NCBI GenBank assembly: GCA_033442325.1
Contig: JAWQFM010000018.1
Span: 179,598-243,597, forward strand
Reading direction: 5' to 3'
DNA from: Salpingoeca rosetta
Lineage: Eukaryota; Protista; Choanoflagellata
DNA: 64,000 nucleotides
The notes beneath the pieces are model-generated. The model did not search any database and had not been told where the DNA came from. It worked only from the letters and a program-made list of their open reading frames with translations. The position numbers were made by a program, and so were the translations under genes. Shown piece by piece: positions 1 to 13,125 of this stretch (position 1 is the stretch's first letter; the number at the start of each line of letters is the position of its first letter).

Positions 1-775
1 TTCCCCTTTGCCCCCCCCTTCCCCCTGTTTCCTTTTCTGTATGGCTTGACGTCTTTTTGTTTGTGCTTGAGCTGTGTCTTGCGCGTTGCTCGCCACGCTT
101 TGCGTGTGCGTGTGATGCGTATGTCACATTTGTCCCTTTTGCTTACTGCCCTCTCTGGCGTGCGTGTGAAGTGTCGCTTTCTCTTTTCACTGCACGGCTG
201 TGCTCGTTGCGTGTGTGGTTGATTGTGATGATTTGTCTCTCAAGTGTGCGTGTGTGCGTGTGTGTTCATGCATGTGACCCATGGTTCCCACACATCGTGT
301 CTGTTCCCCCTTTCCCCTTTTGTTCCTGCTTGCTTGGTTAGCCCACCGTGATCACCTTTCATCTCGTGTGAACACATGTGCGTCGTGTGTTGTTGTTGTT
401 GTTGTTGTTGTTGTCGTCGTTGTTTGGCACTGTGTTGCTGGGAGCACGTGCGTGTACAGGTGAACGTGCGTGCGTGTGCATGTGTGCGCGCGTGTGCGTG
501 TGTGCGTGTGTGTGTGTCGAGCTCAACTCTTTAAAAAAAGCGTTTATCTGTCACTGGTCGGTTGCAGCAAGCGAGACGCGATGGTGGGTGTGCGTGTGTG
601 CGGAGAAGGGCAGGAAGCGCAGTCAACAAATGGAGGGCTGAAACTGCAACGCCGTACACGATGCTGGCAAGCGACAAAGAAACATGGAAGCACTCGTGAC
701 ACATCAAAGGGCAGGCATACAGACGGATAGGCAGGCAGATAGGCAGGTATTGATCAGCAACACGGGTGGTGGTGG

Positions 776-999
776 TCAGAACATGGCTTTGAGGTTGTTT
801 GCAAGGGCCTTGTTGCCTTTCCTCGCCGAATCCACCTCCCTTTGTTTCAGCTTCTTGTCCAACTCAGCAAGGCCAGGGTCTGGGTTGAGAGAGTGAGTGA
901 GTGCGTGTGAGCGAGAGAGTGCGTGTGTGTGTGTGAATGTGTGAGACAGTGTGTGTCAGTATGCGTGTGTGTGAGTGAGTGAGTGAGTGTGTGTCAGTA

Positions 1000-1070
<71 letters not shown>

Positions 1071-1415
1071 CCGCGTACCATCTGGGGAGAGTGTCATGGC
1101 GTGGTCCAGGTCGCGACGGCACAGCAGCTGCTTGTTCAGGTGGTAGTACGCCTGAGCACGGCAATTATGGGACATTCCCGTGCATCACGGTGTCGATGAA
1201 AGTCAACGGGGTGGTGGACGTGAACATTGTGGGGGGAGGGGGCAGCGAAGGAGCATGTGGAATGGGATCAAACCGCACGCAAGCACACATACCATTGCAT
1301 GAACAGACAGTCAGGCAGCTAGCGAGGGAGGGGGACAGACACATGCACAGACAGACAGGCAGCCAGCCAGGCAGACAGACAGACACGCACACAGACAGAC
1401 AGACAGACACACACA

Positions 1416-1460
<45 letters not shown>

Positions 1461-2155
1461 AGAGACACAGAGACACAGAGACACAGAGACACACAGACAC
1501 CGCGCACCTTGGCGCGACGCATGAATGCTTTGGCGTTGTCTTCAAAGTCCAACACTTCGGTGCAGAGCTCAATCACGCGGGCCCAGTTGCCCTTCTTCAG
1601 ATGGCACACTAGCAGGGGATATGCAAGGCATGTCAAAACCACAGCGTGAGCAGTGCTTGAAGAGGGAAGCGCACCAGCTGATGCTGCAGAGTGGCGCTAA
1701 AGAGGCTTGACTATGAAGAAGAGAGCGGCGGGAGCCACAAGGCCAAAGCTGCGGCACTGTCGTTCGCCTGTGTAACAAGAATGTGGTGCACGAGAGCAAG
1801 GCAGGGCCAGGGCATTGGCGGTGGTCGCACCTGAGAGGTTGTTGACAACAGGGACGTGTGCAGCACACACTTTCTTCTGCAAAGGCGACATCCGAGCGCT
1901 TCGCTCTTCAAAGTCGTCCTCACTCCGCTTCCTTTGTATGGGGGTTGTCGCCTTCACGGCCAGCCGTGTGTGCAAGTGTGCCTGCAGGTCGAAGGCATGC
2001 ACCATGCCACGCACAAGCATGTGATGAGCGATAGCATGGCGAGAACATGGGCACGAATGCAGGGAAGCGCGCAGACAGCCATGCAGTCAGACAGGCGAGC
2101 AGGCAGACACACATACACACACATATGCACTGCCTCGTCGACACATTCCCTCATC

Positions 2156-2222
<67 letters not shown>

Positions 2223-2402
2223 AAAGGCGCGCACCATATGATATGACCGCAAGGCCTTCTTCATGTCGCCCGCCTTCAGCGCCTCGTTGCCGGCATTCTT
2301 GAACACCTCTGCTTTCCTCAGTTGCTCCAAGGCAAGCTCCTCGTTCTCTTTGCTTCCCTGAGTGGCGTCCTGCACGGCACTGAGGCCCTTTGGCTCCGAC
2401 AT
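776..2402 (-). CDS. TTC9/FKBP-type TPR repeat protein (multi-exon)
   Basis: Stitched exons: MSEPKG...[25 protein letters not shown] / AHLHTRLAV... / [34 protein letters not shown] / [24 protein letters not shown] / [33 protein letters not shown]. This gives three TPR motifs and a TTC9-like ...MF end. One small internal exon (~1670-1830) is unresolved. Confidence 0.75.
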
Positions 2403-2586
2403 GGCTGGCGGTGTGTGGCGGTGGTTGTGGTGATGGTGGGTTGTTTGTTTGTTTGTCTCTTGCTTGCTGCTTGATTGAATCACAACTTGTTCCTGTGTTT
2501 ACGACAGGCATCGTGCGTTGATGGAGAGATTGGGGGAACGAGAGAACTGGGGAGGAGAACAGCGTATGACACCCACTAACAAGCAA

Positions 2587-2669
<83 letters not shown>

Positions 2670-2675
2670 TCAAGA

Positions 2676-3141
2676 TCACTTGGAGAGGGTACGGGCAACC
2701 CAGTCCTTGACAAGCTTGGCCCCCGCCTCGCCCTGCAGGAGGGAGAGAGAGACAGTGTGTGTGTGTGGGGGGGGGGGACAGTGGATGAGGATCAGGAAAC
2801 ATAACATGTGTCATGCACAAGAAGACAAGAAGACAAGAAGCAAGAAGACAAGAAGCAAGAAGACAAGAAGACAAGGAGACAAAGACGTCACACACACAGG
2901 CACACACACAGGCACACGCACACACACAGATACACACACGCACGCGCAAATGGCATGAGAGCGCACCTGGTCCTTGAGGGAGGTAAGTTCAAAGTCAATC
3001 CTGTTGGGCAGTTGCGAAAACTCAAACTCCTCCGCATCCTGCCGAGTCGTGGTGATGGTGATGGTGATGATAGTGGTGGTGGTGGTGGTGTGGAAGCAGT
3101 GACGATAGGCAGTGGGGATGAGCGCACGACTACATTTAAAT

Positions 3142-3186
<45 letters not shown>

Positions 3187-4878
3187 AACAAACAAACAGC
3201 ACACCTTTGAGCCAAGAAAGACTGCTGCGCCCTCTGCTTCGTCCAGACCAGCCACATCAGCACTTTTGCCATGACCATGCGAGCAAGGGGTGTGGATGAG
3301 CAACGAACAGAAGCAAGTCCCATCTGTGTGTATGCACAAGCGTGTGCGCCGGTTGGCTACCTTCTGGTCTGTCTGATTTGTGTGAATTCGTTCTGCAGTT
3401 TCTGCACAATGCGCTCAACCTTTCGCGGCGCCGTCACCACATCCTGCATATCAACACAGACTTGAGGTGAGCACTGCTGGAGGAACGAGATATTGTACAG
3501 CTCTTGTCATAGAACACGTGCGTACGCATACGGATGGGCACACACACATATGTACGTACACACGCATGTGCACACATGCACGCACACACACACATGCACA
3601 CATACACACACACACACACACACGCACACGCACATGTACGTACACACGCGCACACACACACACATGCACACACATGCACACACATGCACACACGCACACA
3701 CAAGACAGACACTCAAAACGAACCTGCTTGTTGCAGAGGACAAGAACCGGCATGGCCTTCATGTCTTTGCTTGCAAGCACATCGTAGAGAAACTCGGCCA
3801 CGGGGCGGGCGCCACGCAGCACTGTGGACGAGTCAAGCACATACACACACGCCGCACAGGACGCCGCAGACTCCCCAAGATATGTGCTGCCCATGGGATT
3901 GTGGCAGCACCAGCGCAGGCACACGCGGCACAGTCGGTGAGTGCGCGTGCACACATGACATTGTGAAATTGAAGAGCCAAAAGCACTTCAAACGCCAAAC
4001 ACACGCACGGTGCATGTGCTCACCCTCGAAGTCGCTCGTGGCCTGGGATGTCCTTCACCTTGAGCGACTGCAGAGCAGACAAGGCGGAAGGAAGTCATGA
4101 GGTGTGTGAGGTTGGTTCCAATAGCATGCTCCCCCCCCTGTATGCGTACGCGACGGTTTGCTGTGACAACACACACTGCGCGCACCTGGTTGATGGAGGT
4201 GTCGAGCTCCAATGCAGCCTCGTTCGGCTTCAGCGATGTCTGGGTCGGCATTGCTTGCCCCGTCGTGAGCTGCAGTCGTTGTGATTGGGACGCAAAGATG
4301 AGCAATGCGATGCAAAGACACATGAAGACAAACCGGCCTACAACACAACCTGTGGCACCCATCAAACCCAGACGACAACGCTGTGGACGCACCAGGGAAA
4401 ACAGCGTTGTTTTTCCCGTGCCAAGGGGACCCACAAGCAGGACAGTATCTCGCTTTGCCTTTGCTTTTCCTCGCAACAGGAACACCACCACTGGAATGGA
4501 ACAAGGCACGCACATGTGAGGGCATGCAAACACGGCACTGCTTGCTCAGACTTACAAGCGGAGCACACAGGGACAAGCAGAGGTGGGGAGATAGAGGGAG
4601 AGTGGGGCAGAGAAACAGATGTGGGGGAAATCGACACACGTGCGCTCGCACAGGAACAGATACACACACACAGACAGACACGCACGCACACAGGCACACA
4701 CAGACACACACAGACACACATCGCAGACACACCACAGACAGACATGCACACACACACAGACACACACATCACAGAGTGCCGTACCGACTGCCAAGATGCC
4801 GAGGACGGCCAGACCCAGCAAGGCAAAGAACATCATGTCATCCTCCACCACTCCACCAGCTCCATCCATCTTTGTCAT
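2676..4878 (-). CDS. SRPRB: Signal recognition particle receptor subunit beta
   Basis: N-terminal TM ([15 protein letters not shown]), P-loop [60 protein letters not shown]; ends ...VARTLSK*. GT-AG introns. Confidence 0.93.
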
Positions 4879-4957
4879 CTCCTCTCGCTCGTTGCTGCGG
4901 TGTGTGGCACTCAAAGTTGTGAAAAATAGTGGAAAATATTGCCACTTATCGGCGGTT

Positions 4958-5611
4958 ATGGCGGCGAAGAACTCGGATGCGTTTGCTCGCATCAACTTCC
5001 TCATGCAGGTGAGTGAGTGTGTGTGTCTGTGTGTGTGTGAATGTGCGTGCGTGCGTGCGTGCGTATGTGTGATTGAGTTCGCGGCACAACACATCAATGC
5101 ACACTACAATGGCTGCCTGGACATAACCGCTTCCCAGCTGACCCTGACACTGGTGTAAGTGTAACCACTGTTGCTCACACACCACTGCTCACACACCACT
5201 GCTCACACACTACCTCTCACACACTGCCTCGCTGCATCCAAGGCGTCTGCGCTTGCCCTGTCAAAGTTCCCGCAGTCGAAAGAGCTCTCTCGCTTCTACA
5301 CCACACATGCCACGCAAATTGCCCAGAAGAAAGTGCTTCGCTTGTAAGTGTGTGCATGTGTGTGTATTTGTGTGTGTGTGAGGACGGAGGTGACTCAACG
5401 GTTCGTGCTGTTGCCCACGTCCGGTTGAGGGCGTTGTTTGCGGTTGTCCTCCGCTGCATTGCTGTGGGTTCACACGCACGTGGTTTGCCCTTTTCGCGCC
5501 CTTGCCAACACCCTGCCAGGCACAAGAGCATGAAACGGTCCATCTGCAAGAAGTGCTCCACGTTGCTCCGACCCGGTGTCACGGCTCGTGTCCGCACAGC
5601 CCGTAAGTGAC

Positions 5612-5709
<98 letters not shown>

Positions 5710-5768
5710 CGTGTGTGTGTGTGTGTGAATGTGTGTGTGTGTGTGTGTGTGAGTGTGTCTGTGCCTGT

Positions 5769-5842
<74 letters not shown>

Positions 5843-6097
5843 CGTGCTTGACTTTGGATACAGGTGTCATCAATCAAACAGTCACTCTACTGCCGTTGAA
5901 ATTCATTGATGTTTTCGCTCACGTGCTGGTTTCTGCATCACTGTCTTCCTGTGTCCAACAACACAAACACACGCGTTTTTTCAGCTCGTCGCGAGAAGCA
6001 CGTTATTGTGACCTGCTTATACTGCGGGAATATGAAGCGGTTCCATTGTTCCACAGTCAACAAGTGGAACAACACGGACACCTTCGTTAGCTCCTAG
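4958..6097 (+). CDS. RPP21: RNase P protein subunit RPP21/Rpr2
   Basis: MAAKNSDAFARINFLMQ / SKELSRFYTTHATQIAQKKVLRL / KSMKRSICKKCSTLLRPGVTARVR / HVIVTCLYCGNMKRF. Has the two CxxC pairs of the Rpr2 zinc ribbon. Confidence 0.9.
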
Positions 6098-6118
6098 ACC
6101 TTTTCGCACTGCAACCCC

Positions 6119-6188
<70 letters not shown>

Positions 6189-6635
6189 ACATCCCTCTGC
6201 GCACCGTGTACACATGATATCGATAGGTGAACGCCAATAAACGGCCTTGTATTGAAGATGGGATGAGCAAGTGGGAAATGCAACGAAACTAAAAGTGGAG
6301 ATCTGAGCAATAGTACAAGTGACCGAGGTCAAGAAGAGGCAAGGAAGGGGGGGGGGCAGAGAAGCCAGCAAGCAAGCATGCCAAGAGACGGCTGGTATGG
6401 ACAACAGTGCACGTCAACACGTGAACATGTGATGTGACTTGCGCATGGGCGCCACGACACAACAGCGAACGCCATTTGGTGTGTGGATCAACATCATGGA
6501 AGCATGTCCAACAAAGGTGCACGTGCGCACACGTACAAGCGAGCAACCAGGGCGGGGTAGTGCGTAGCTCAAACACACGCGCACGCATGCACATGCACAT
6601 GCACATGCACATGCACACACGCACACACAGATCGG

Positions 6636-9600
6636 CTACTCTTGTTGCGATGGGTAGTGCTGAGGTGCGCGCGGGGGCGAGGATGATGATGCAGAAGGCG
6701 GCAGGAACGACACGGCTGATGTCGTGGTGACAGCTGCGTTGGCCGTGGGTGAAGGTCTCATGTGCAATGCCGCCACCTGCTTCATGAGCTGCTGCGGGTC
6801 CATCCCAGGCTCCATCTCAACCTCCATCCCATCTTGCCCCGTCATTGGCGCCGTCGTTGTTGTTGGTGTCGTCGCTGTTGGCGGTGTGAGCATGGACTTG
6901 TCGACACCAACCACGCGCATCTGCGTGGCTGTGGTCGCGTCCTCCCTTCCATCATCATCATCGTCACCAGCGGTGGCTGTCGCCATCATCATCTTCATCT
7001 TCATCTTCATCTTCATCAGCATCGCATCCTTTGCTGTCGCCGCAACAAGGCCACCGCGATGGAGCTCTGGCTCTTGTTGGCCACGATGATGACGATGGTG
7101 ACGATGGGTGCGTGTTCGCCACACCTGCCGCAGCGCTCGCTGGTGCACGGCGGTGGCGGCCTCGTCGGTGTCGGTGGCCGGCTGCTGTGGAACAGAAACA
7201 ATGCAGCGCAGGAACTGCACGCCCGTTGTCGTGTTGAGCAGCACCATCAGGTCCCGTTCGCGCACAGATGCGCGCAGCACCGCCAGTGACACGCCCGTCA
7301 CGTCGGCCGGTGGGAGGTGGAAGTCCTGCAGAACACGCGCGCGCCAGCCGCTGTCCACGTGATACACACGCAGCAGCGCTGCCCGGGCGCGGGCCGGCTG
7401 TGTCGATGGTGGTGATGTCGATGGTGGTGAGGTCACATCGTCACCGTGATCCATGCCATCACCACCACCACCACCACTGCCAACACCACCACTGCCACCG
7501 CCCTCATCACCATCACCGTCATCGTCATCGCCATTGTCGCGATCGTGGCTGCCACTGGGTGCGCGGAAGAGCGCGGCGACGAAGCGGCCACATGGCGACA
7601 GCACCGGCGGATATGCAAGCAGTCGCTGCTCCGCCCGCGTCAGTTCGTGGTGGCACAGCAGCGAGCCCACCGCAAGGCTGGGTGCGGTGGTGGTCGTGCT
7701 GATGCTGGTGGTCATGGTGGTGGCGCTTGTGAGGGAGGGGGACTTGCGGCTGTGGAAGGTAGCGGGTGTCGGGTGCATGTGGTGCATGTGGTGTTGTGGG
7801 TCTGAGGTCGGAATGCCTGAACGGTTGCGGTGATGATTGTCCTGCTCGCGGTCCTCGTCCTCAGATTCATCATCGTCATCGTCATTGAGTGCGCTGCCAT
7901 GAAGTTGAGCAACGACATCATCCTCCTCATCGTATTCGTCCTCGCTCGAATCATCCATCGCATCCACGTCATCACCTTCACCGCCAGCAACACCACCAAA
8001 GGCAGCGTCACGGCGGCTGACAATGGTGGCGTCGTCAACAACGTCCAGCATGGTGTGCGCGTGGGGCGTGCTGCCATGGCATGCGTTGATGCTGCAGTAC
8101 GAAAACCCGCGCATGGTGCTCTGAAACAAAACGCCCATCAGTCCTCGCCTTGCATCTTCTTCCATCGCACCCTGCGCCACAACATCGGCGGTGGTCGGTA
8201 GAATTGATGCGTGGAACTTCCTCATCCTCGCCCCACCAGCATCCTCACCATCGACACCATCATCATCGACACCATCATCATCAACAACAACACCAGCACG
8301 GTCGAGGTGGTGATCGGGAAGCACAGGCTGCAGTGCCAGCGGCGGTGCGCGTGCACATGTGCCACCAAGCGCTGCGATGGTGACACAGCCACGCTCTTCC
8401 TCACACGCCAGCAGCAGCCGGGTCGTACACTCCACATGCGACGGCGGCGTGTCCACCGCACACACGAACGACAATGTCTGCTGTGCGGCTCCAAACGGAC
8501 CGGCGCTGTGATTGTCGTCACCACCACCGTCTCCATCACCACCATCATGCTTGCAGCCCCGCATGGCCCAGCAGCGACCAGCGCTGTCAGCCATGCACAT
8601 GAACACATCGCCATCGTGCTGCTGTTGCTGTTGTTGCTGTTGCTGTTGTTGTTGTTGTTGCTGCTGTGCGCTGCTGCTTGCGTCATCATCCATCACATCC
8701 ATACCATCATCCATTGCATCACCACCACTGTCATCCTCGTCATTGGTGTCGGCGACTGCAAAGGCAGCAGCCACCAGCACCGCGTCACCGCCATCACCAT
8801 CTCTGTAGTTGCCGTTGACGTTGCCAGTGCGTGATGGGATGCATGCATGCATGGCTGGGCCATGCTGCACGTCAACAGCCGGGAGACCAAAGCTGCGTGC
8901 TTTGCGACTGCTTGACGATGACGATGACGACGACGATGTTGATGGTGTTGATGGTGTTGCTGCGCTTGCTGCGGTTGTTGTGGTTGTGGTTGCATACACG
9001 TCCACGTGGCTGGTGTGCACGACAGCAACGCGGGCACCATCTGGGGAGAGCAGCACCGGGGCAGCTGCACGCGTCACCACTGGGATGTGGGTTGTTGTTG
9101 TGCGGTTCGTACACGGAGCCGTCAACACCACCCGCGCCACCTGCTGTCCTGCCGCGGCATGCGCTGGCGCGTGTTGTGGTGCTGGTGCCACGGGCGTGAC
9201 GTCCACGATGGCGCAGAGGTCCTCAAAGCCCGGGCGGGCGGCGTGGATGTGCGAGGACGACGGCGATGCGCTGACCGTGGGCACAAAGCGGCGGTGGCCG
9301 AGATGGGGTGCGCTGCGCAGCATGTAGAAGTCGGTCTGGGCCTTGGTGAGGGAGAGGATGATGGACGCTCCGTCAATGAAGCGGGTGCGGTACAGCCGCT
9401 GGCGCATGCGCTTGCCTGTCTTGGTCAGCTTGTTCGTGCGTGTGTATGGCGCTGGGATCTGGATGACGCCGGCAGGCGTGGCGCTGCCCTTATCGTCACT
9501 GCCCCCATCGCCGCGGCCACGAGACGAGCCACCATCCACACTGCCACGACCACTGCGGCGACCACGACCATCACCGCTCTCACCAGTGCCATCCACGAGT

Positions 9601-10955
9601 GTGAAGGAGGGTGGTTGCGGTGTGCACGTGACGAGGTTGGTTCGGTTCTTCTGGGTGATGAGGACGGCGGCCCCATCCGGCGAGAGATGGAGGTCCTCCA
9701 CGTCGTGACTGATGCGGTGCTGCTCCCGGTTGATCACTTGAACACGCGCGTACGAGAAGCTGCGCACGCCAACAGCGAGCATGGACGACGACGATGATGG
9801 CACAGATGCAGACGGCGACAGCGATGGTGAGGGTGCCACCACGGTGAGGGGATGCGTTGGTGCTGTCTGCCATGCTGTTGAGGAGGCCGGGATGGCGCTG
9901 CGTCGGAAAACGTGCACGCCCGTGTTCTTCTCCGCAACGGCCATGACAGAGCCACACACCGTCACGTCCACGTGCGTGATGTGCAGGTCGCTGCGTTGTG
10001 CGTGTGGGAACAACACATCCGTCACCTCGCGTGTCGTCATGACTGGAGACGCCGTGTCTGCCGTGTCGGTCGAGGTGGCCATCGCGTTTGCTGCTGTTGC
10101 GTTTGTTGCTGTTTGTGGCGGTGATGGTGTGGGTGAGCCCCTCACTGCTTGGCCAAGCAGGGTGAAGAGTGGCTGTGGCTGGCGGGTCGTTGGTGGTGGT
10201 GGTGGCTGCGATGTTGACGATGGCGTTGGTGGTTGTGGGTGGATGGTTGTGCTTGGCGCCAAGAGGGCCATGGCTGCGCTTTTGCTTGGAGAATCAGCAA
10301 AGGCTTTGGGCGTGGTCGCGTTGCCAGTGGTAGCTGTGTTGTTGTTGTTGCTGCCGCCGCCGCCGCCGCTGCTGTTGTCCGAGATGCGTGACAAGTCGTG
10401 GGCAACGACGGCGTGCTGGCTGGCCGAAAAGGCGAGCTGCACGCTTGAGGCGATGCAGACGGAGACGATGGGCCCCTCGTGCGGCAGGGACGCCGGCTGT
10501 AGGACGACAGACGTGCGGTCGACGAGGTGCCAGAGCACGATGGTGCCGCTGGTGTCGGCGGTGATGGCGCGTGAGCCCGTGCTGCTGATGGTGAGGCTCG
10601 TGATGGTGGAGAGGTGGCGCTTGCACGACCAGATGACCTCTGGCGCGAACTGGAACTCGGGCGACACCCTGATGGTGAAGAGCGTGGTGGCGTCGGTAAC
10701 AACGGCAAAGCGGGCGTCTGCGGTGAGCGCTGCGCCCGTGAGCGGGGAGGAGTGGCGCCAGTAGCTGTCACGGGCCTGCACGGGGTGCACAAAGCGCACG
10801 CGATCACCAAGCACCTCTGCCACCAGCTGCCCGTTGCTGCTTGAGGCCAGCTGCACGATGTTTGGCAGGGCGCGTGCGCCGCCGGCGCCTCGCTCCCATC
10901 GCTCCCATCCCTGTCGGTGGAGAAAGTGTGGCGAAGGGTCTTGGAACAAGCTCAT
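6636..10955 (-). CDS. Large WD40-repeat, low-complexity protein (apparently near single-exon, ~1440 aa)
   Basis: 4.3-kb ORF from MSLFQDP. WD40-like blades: HLSTITSLTISSTGSRAITADTSGTIVLWHL, HEGPIVSVCIAS, VEDLHLSPDGAAVLI, LLSPDGARVAV, LSPCGRFVAA. Poly-Q/D/T linkers. The 3' end is uncertain. Confidence 0.65.
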   Translation of the reverse strand: MSLFQDPSPHFLHRQGWERWERGAGGARALPNIVQLASSSNGQLVAEVLGDRVRFVHPVQARDSYWRHSSPLTGAALTADARFAVVTDATTLFTIRVSPEFQFAPEVIWSCKRHLSTITSLTISSTGSRAITADTSGTIVLWHLVDRTSVVLQPASLPHEGPIVSVCIASSVQLAFSASQHAVVAHDLSRISDNSSGGGGGSNNNNTATTGNATTPKAFADSPSKSAAMALLAPSTTIHPQPPTPSSTSQPPPPPTTRQPQPLFTLLGQAVRGSPTPSPPQTATNATAANAMATSTDTADTASPVMTTREVTDVLFPHAQRSDLHITHVDVTVCGSVMAVAEKNTGVHVFRRSAIPASSTAWQTAPTHPLTVVAPSPSLSPSASVPSSSSSMLAVGVRSFSYARVQVINREQHRISHDVEDLHLSPDGAAVLITQKNRTNLVTCTPQPPSFTLVDGTGESGDGRGRRSGRGSVDGGSSRGRGDGGSDDKGSATPAGVIQIPAPYTRTNKLTKTGKRMRQRLYRTRFIDGASIILSLTKAQTDFYMLRSAPHLGHRRFVPTVSASPSSSHIHAARPGFEDLCAIVDVTPVAPAPQHAPAHAAAGQQVARVVLTAPCTNRTTTTHIPVVTRAAAPVLLSPDGARVAVVHTSHVDVYATTTTTTAASAATPSTPSTSSSSSSSSSSRKARSFGLPAVDVQHGPAMHACIPSRTGNVNGNYRDGDGGDAVLVAAAFAVADTNDEDDSGGDAMDDGMDVMDDDASSSAQQQQQQQQQQQQQQQQHDGDVFMCMADSAGRCWAMRGCKHDGGDGDGGGDDNHSAGPFGAAQQTLSFVCAVDTPPSHVECTTRLLLACEEERGCVTIAALGGTCARAPPLALQPVLPDHHLDRAGVVVDDDGVDDDGVDGEDAGGARMRKFHASILPTTADVVAQGAMEEDARRGLMGVLFQSTMRGFSYCSINACHGSTPHAHTMLDVVDDATIVSRRDAAFGGVAGGEGDDVDAMDDSSEDEYDEEDDVVAQLHGSALNDDDDDESEDEDREQDNHHRNRSGIPTSDPQHHMHHMHPTPATFHSRKSPSLTSATTMTTSISTTTTAPSLAVGSLLCHHELTRAEQRLLAYPPVLSPCGRFVAALFRAPSGSHDRDNGDDDDGDGDEGGGSGGVGSGGGGGDGMDHGDDVTSPPSTSPPSTQPARARAALLRVYHVDSGWRARVLQDFHLPPADVTGVSLAVLRASVRERDLMVLLNTTTGVQFLRCIVSVPQQPATDTDEAATAVHQRALRQVWRTRTHRHHRHHRGQQEPELHRGGLVAATAKDAMLMKMKMKMKMMMATATAGDDDDDGREDATTATQMRVVGVDKSMLTPPTATTPTTTTAPMTGQDGMEVEMEPGMDPQQLMKQVAALHMRPSPTANAAVTTTSAVSFLPPSASSSSPPRAPQHYPSQQE

Positions 10956-11113
10956 CCTTGCTTGGTTCGCGGTGGGAAGATGGGGGAGGGGGGTTGGCGA
11001 GGCTTTGGTGGATGTGTTGCTTGTTTGTGGTGCTTGCTTGTGTTTTTTGCTTGGTTGTTGGCTGCCTTGGTTGGGCGGCAACACAGCAACAAAGTCAGCG
11101 GTGTAGATGCTAC

Positions 11114-11160
<47 letters not shown>

Positions 11161-11178
11161 GGTGGTGGTGGTGGTGGT

Positions 11179-11256
<78 letters not shown>

Positions 11257-12378
11257 TCACAGCGACCGCAGCATGAAGTCACAACGGCAACACGGTGCGG
11301 TGTGGCTGTGGTGGTGGTGGTGGTGGTGGTGGCTGTGGTGGCACACTGCGTCGTCGGACGAGCGGTCCAGACGTCAAAGGTGCGGACAGCAAACACAAAG
11401 CGTTCTTGAGGAGGTGCACCCTTCTGTGGATGTTTGAGGGCGACGAGGGAAGGGAAGGAAAATGGGGAAAGGGAAAGGCTGACCACCTGGTCGGCTGCCA
11501 AAGATTATGTCGTCGGCGGTGGTGTGAAATGATGTGAGGCCACAAAGCAACCCACAACAAGAGGGCGCGTGGTGGTGGAGTGGTTGGTGAGGTGCTTGCG
11601 AGCGCTGCGTGGCAGACGGCAGGTGCAAGCGTAAAGTGGAGGGGAGAAGTGGGAATTGGATGAGCGGAAGTGAGAGCCTGCACGAAGCAACCAAAAAAAA
11701 AAAGAGCACAGCTTCGCAAAAAACAACAACAAAGAAGAAGAAGGGGAAGGCGAAGATCGCCGACGCACGAAGCCACGCAGGACAAGGAGGGACATGCAAC
11801 GGAAGACAAACAGACAAAGCAAAAAGCAGCAAGCAAGCCAGAAGAAGAACAATACACACACGCGCGTGCACGAACCAAACAAAGAAATAGCGGGACGACG
11901 GAAGAGAGAACGTGCAAGCTAGCCCCGGCACGCAGCACACGCACAAGCAATGCAATGTTGGGTGTGTTGTGTCTGCTGCTGTGGCTTGTGCTTCGCCTGC
12001 TTCTTGCTTGGCAATTTTTTTCTCCGTCGTTCTTTTCGCGTCGAACATTTGTGGAAGATTTGCATTTATTTTCTGGAAACGGACACCGTGTCCACCATTT
12101 GCCCAACCAGTCACGACATGATGACGTGGCGTGGAGTGTTTGGCTCGGTTTGTTGTTGTTCGTTGTTGTGTTGTTGTGTGTGGGTGTGTGTGTGTTGGTG
12201 GACAGAAGAGGCAAGCAAGAGGAAGCAAGAGGAAGGAAGAGCAGTGGTGAAGGAAGAGCAGTGGTGAAGGAAGAACAGTGATGGAGGAAGAACAGTGAGG
12301 GAGAACGAAAAGATACCCACGCAAACACACATACACACGCACAACAACAATACACACACACACTGCTTGATTGGAAGT

Positions 12379-12620
12379 TTAGGCCATCATATCGTCGTCG
12401 TCGTTCTCGAACAAGTCTGCACGTTGCACACGAGTGCACATTATGTGTGAGTGGACACAGCACAGGGTGCGGGTTGCAACCGCGTTGAAAGGGTGTCCCA
12501 GCAGCAGGCAGATGCACATACAAGCGGGTAGGGGGTTGATGACTCACTGTACTTTTGACGAATCGCATCGCGGCGCGCAGAGTTTTCCTCCCGACTGCAC
12601 ACGTGGTTGTGTGTGTGTGA

Positions 12621-12688
<68 letters not shown>

Positions 12689-13004
12689 TAGAGGGTGAGT
12701 GAGTGAGTAAGAGAGTGTGTGTGTGTGAGTGAGACACACACACACACAACTTCACAACGGACAACGGACATCAGGTCAACGCACGCAACCAGCACATCAC
12801 AACAGCAGCAGTCAACAGTCAGCAGTACCACGCGTCACGTTCACGCACACGCAAACACAGCCACAAAGGGGAAGAAAGAGAAACCCCAAACAAGGAAGGA
12901 GGAGCAACAACAGCCACCCGGCCAGGCCGCACCGAAGTCGCTGGCGCTCTTCGCGGCTGCGGCGGGCGCGCGCTTCCTTCCGTGACTCCTTGTACGTGTA
13001 CACG
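12379..13004 (-). CDS. PTTG1IP-like protein, last three exons (5' part lies in or beyond the N-gap)
   Basis: Exons 13004-12933, ~12594-12548 and ~12416-12379 splice in phase to VYTYKESRKEARARRSREERQRLRREENSARRDAIRQKYNLFENDDDDMMA*. This resembles the PTTG1IP tail (EERR...RHDEIRKKYGLF). Confidence 0.55.
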
Positions 13005-13041
13005 CTGCCGTGATGGTGGTGATGGTGGTGGTGGTGGTGAG

Positions 13042-13125
<84 letters not shown>

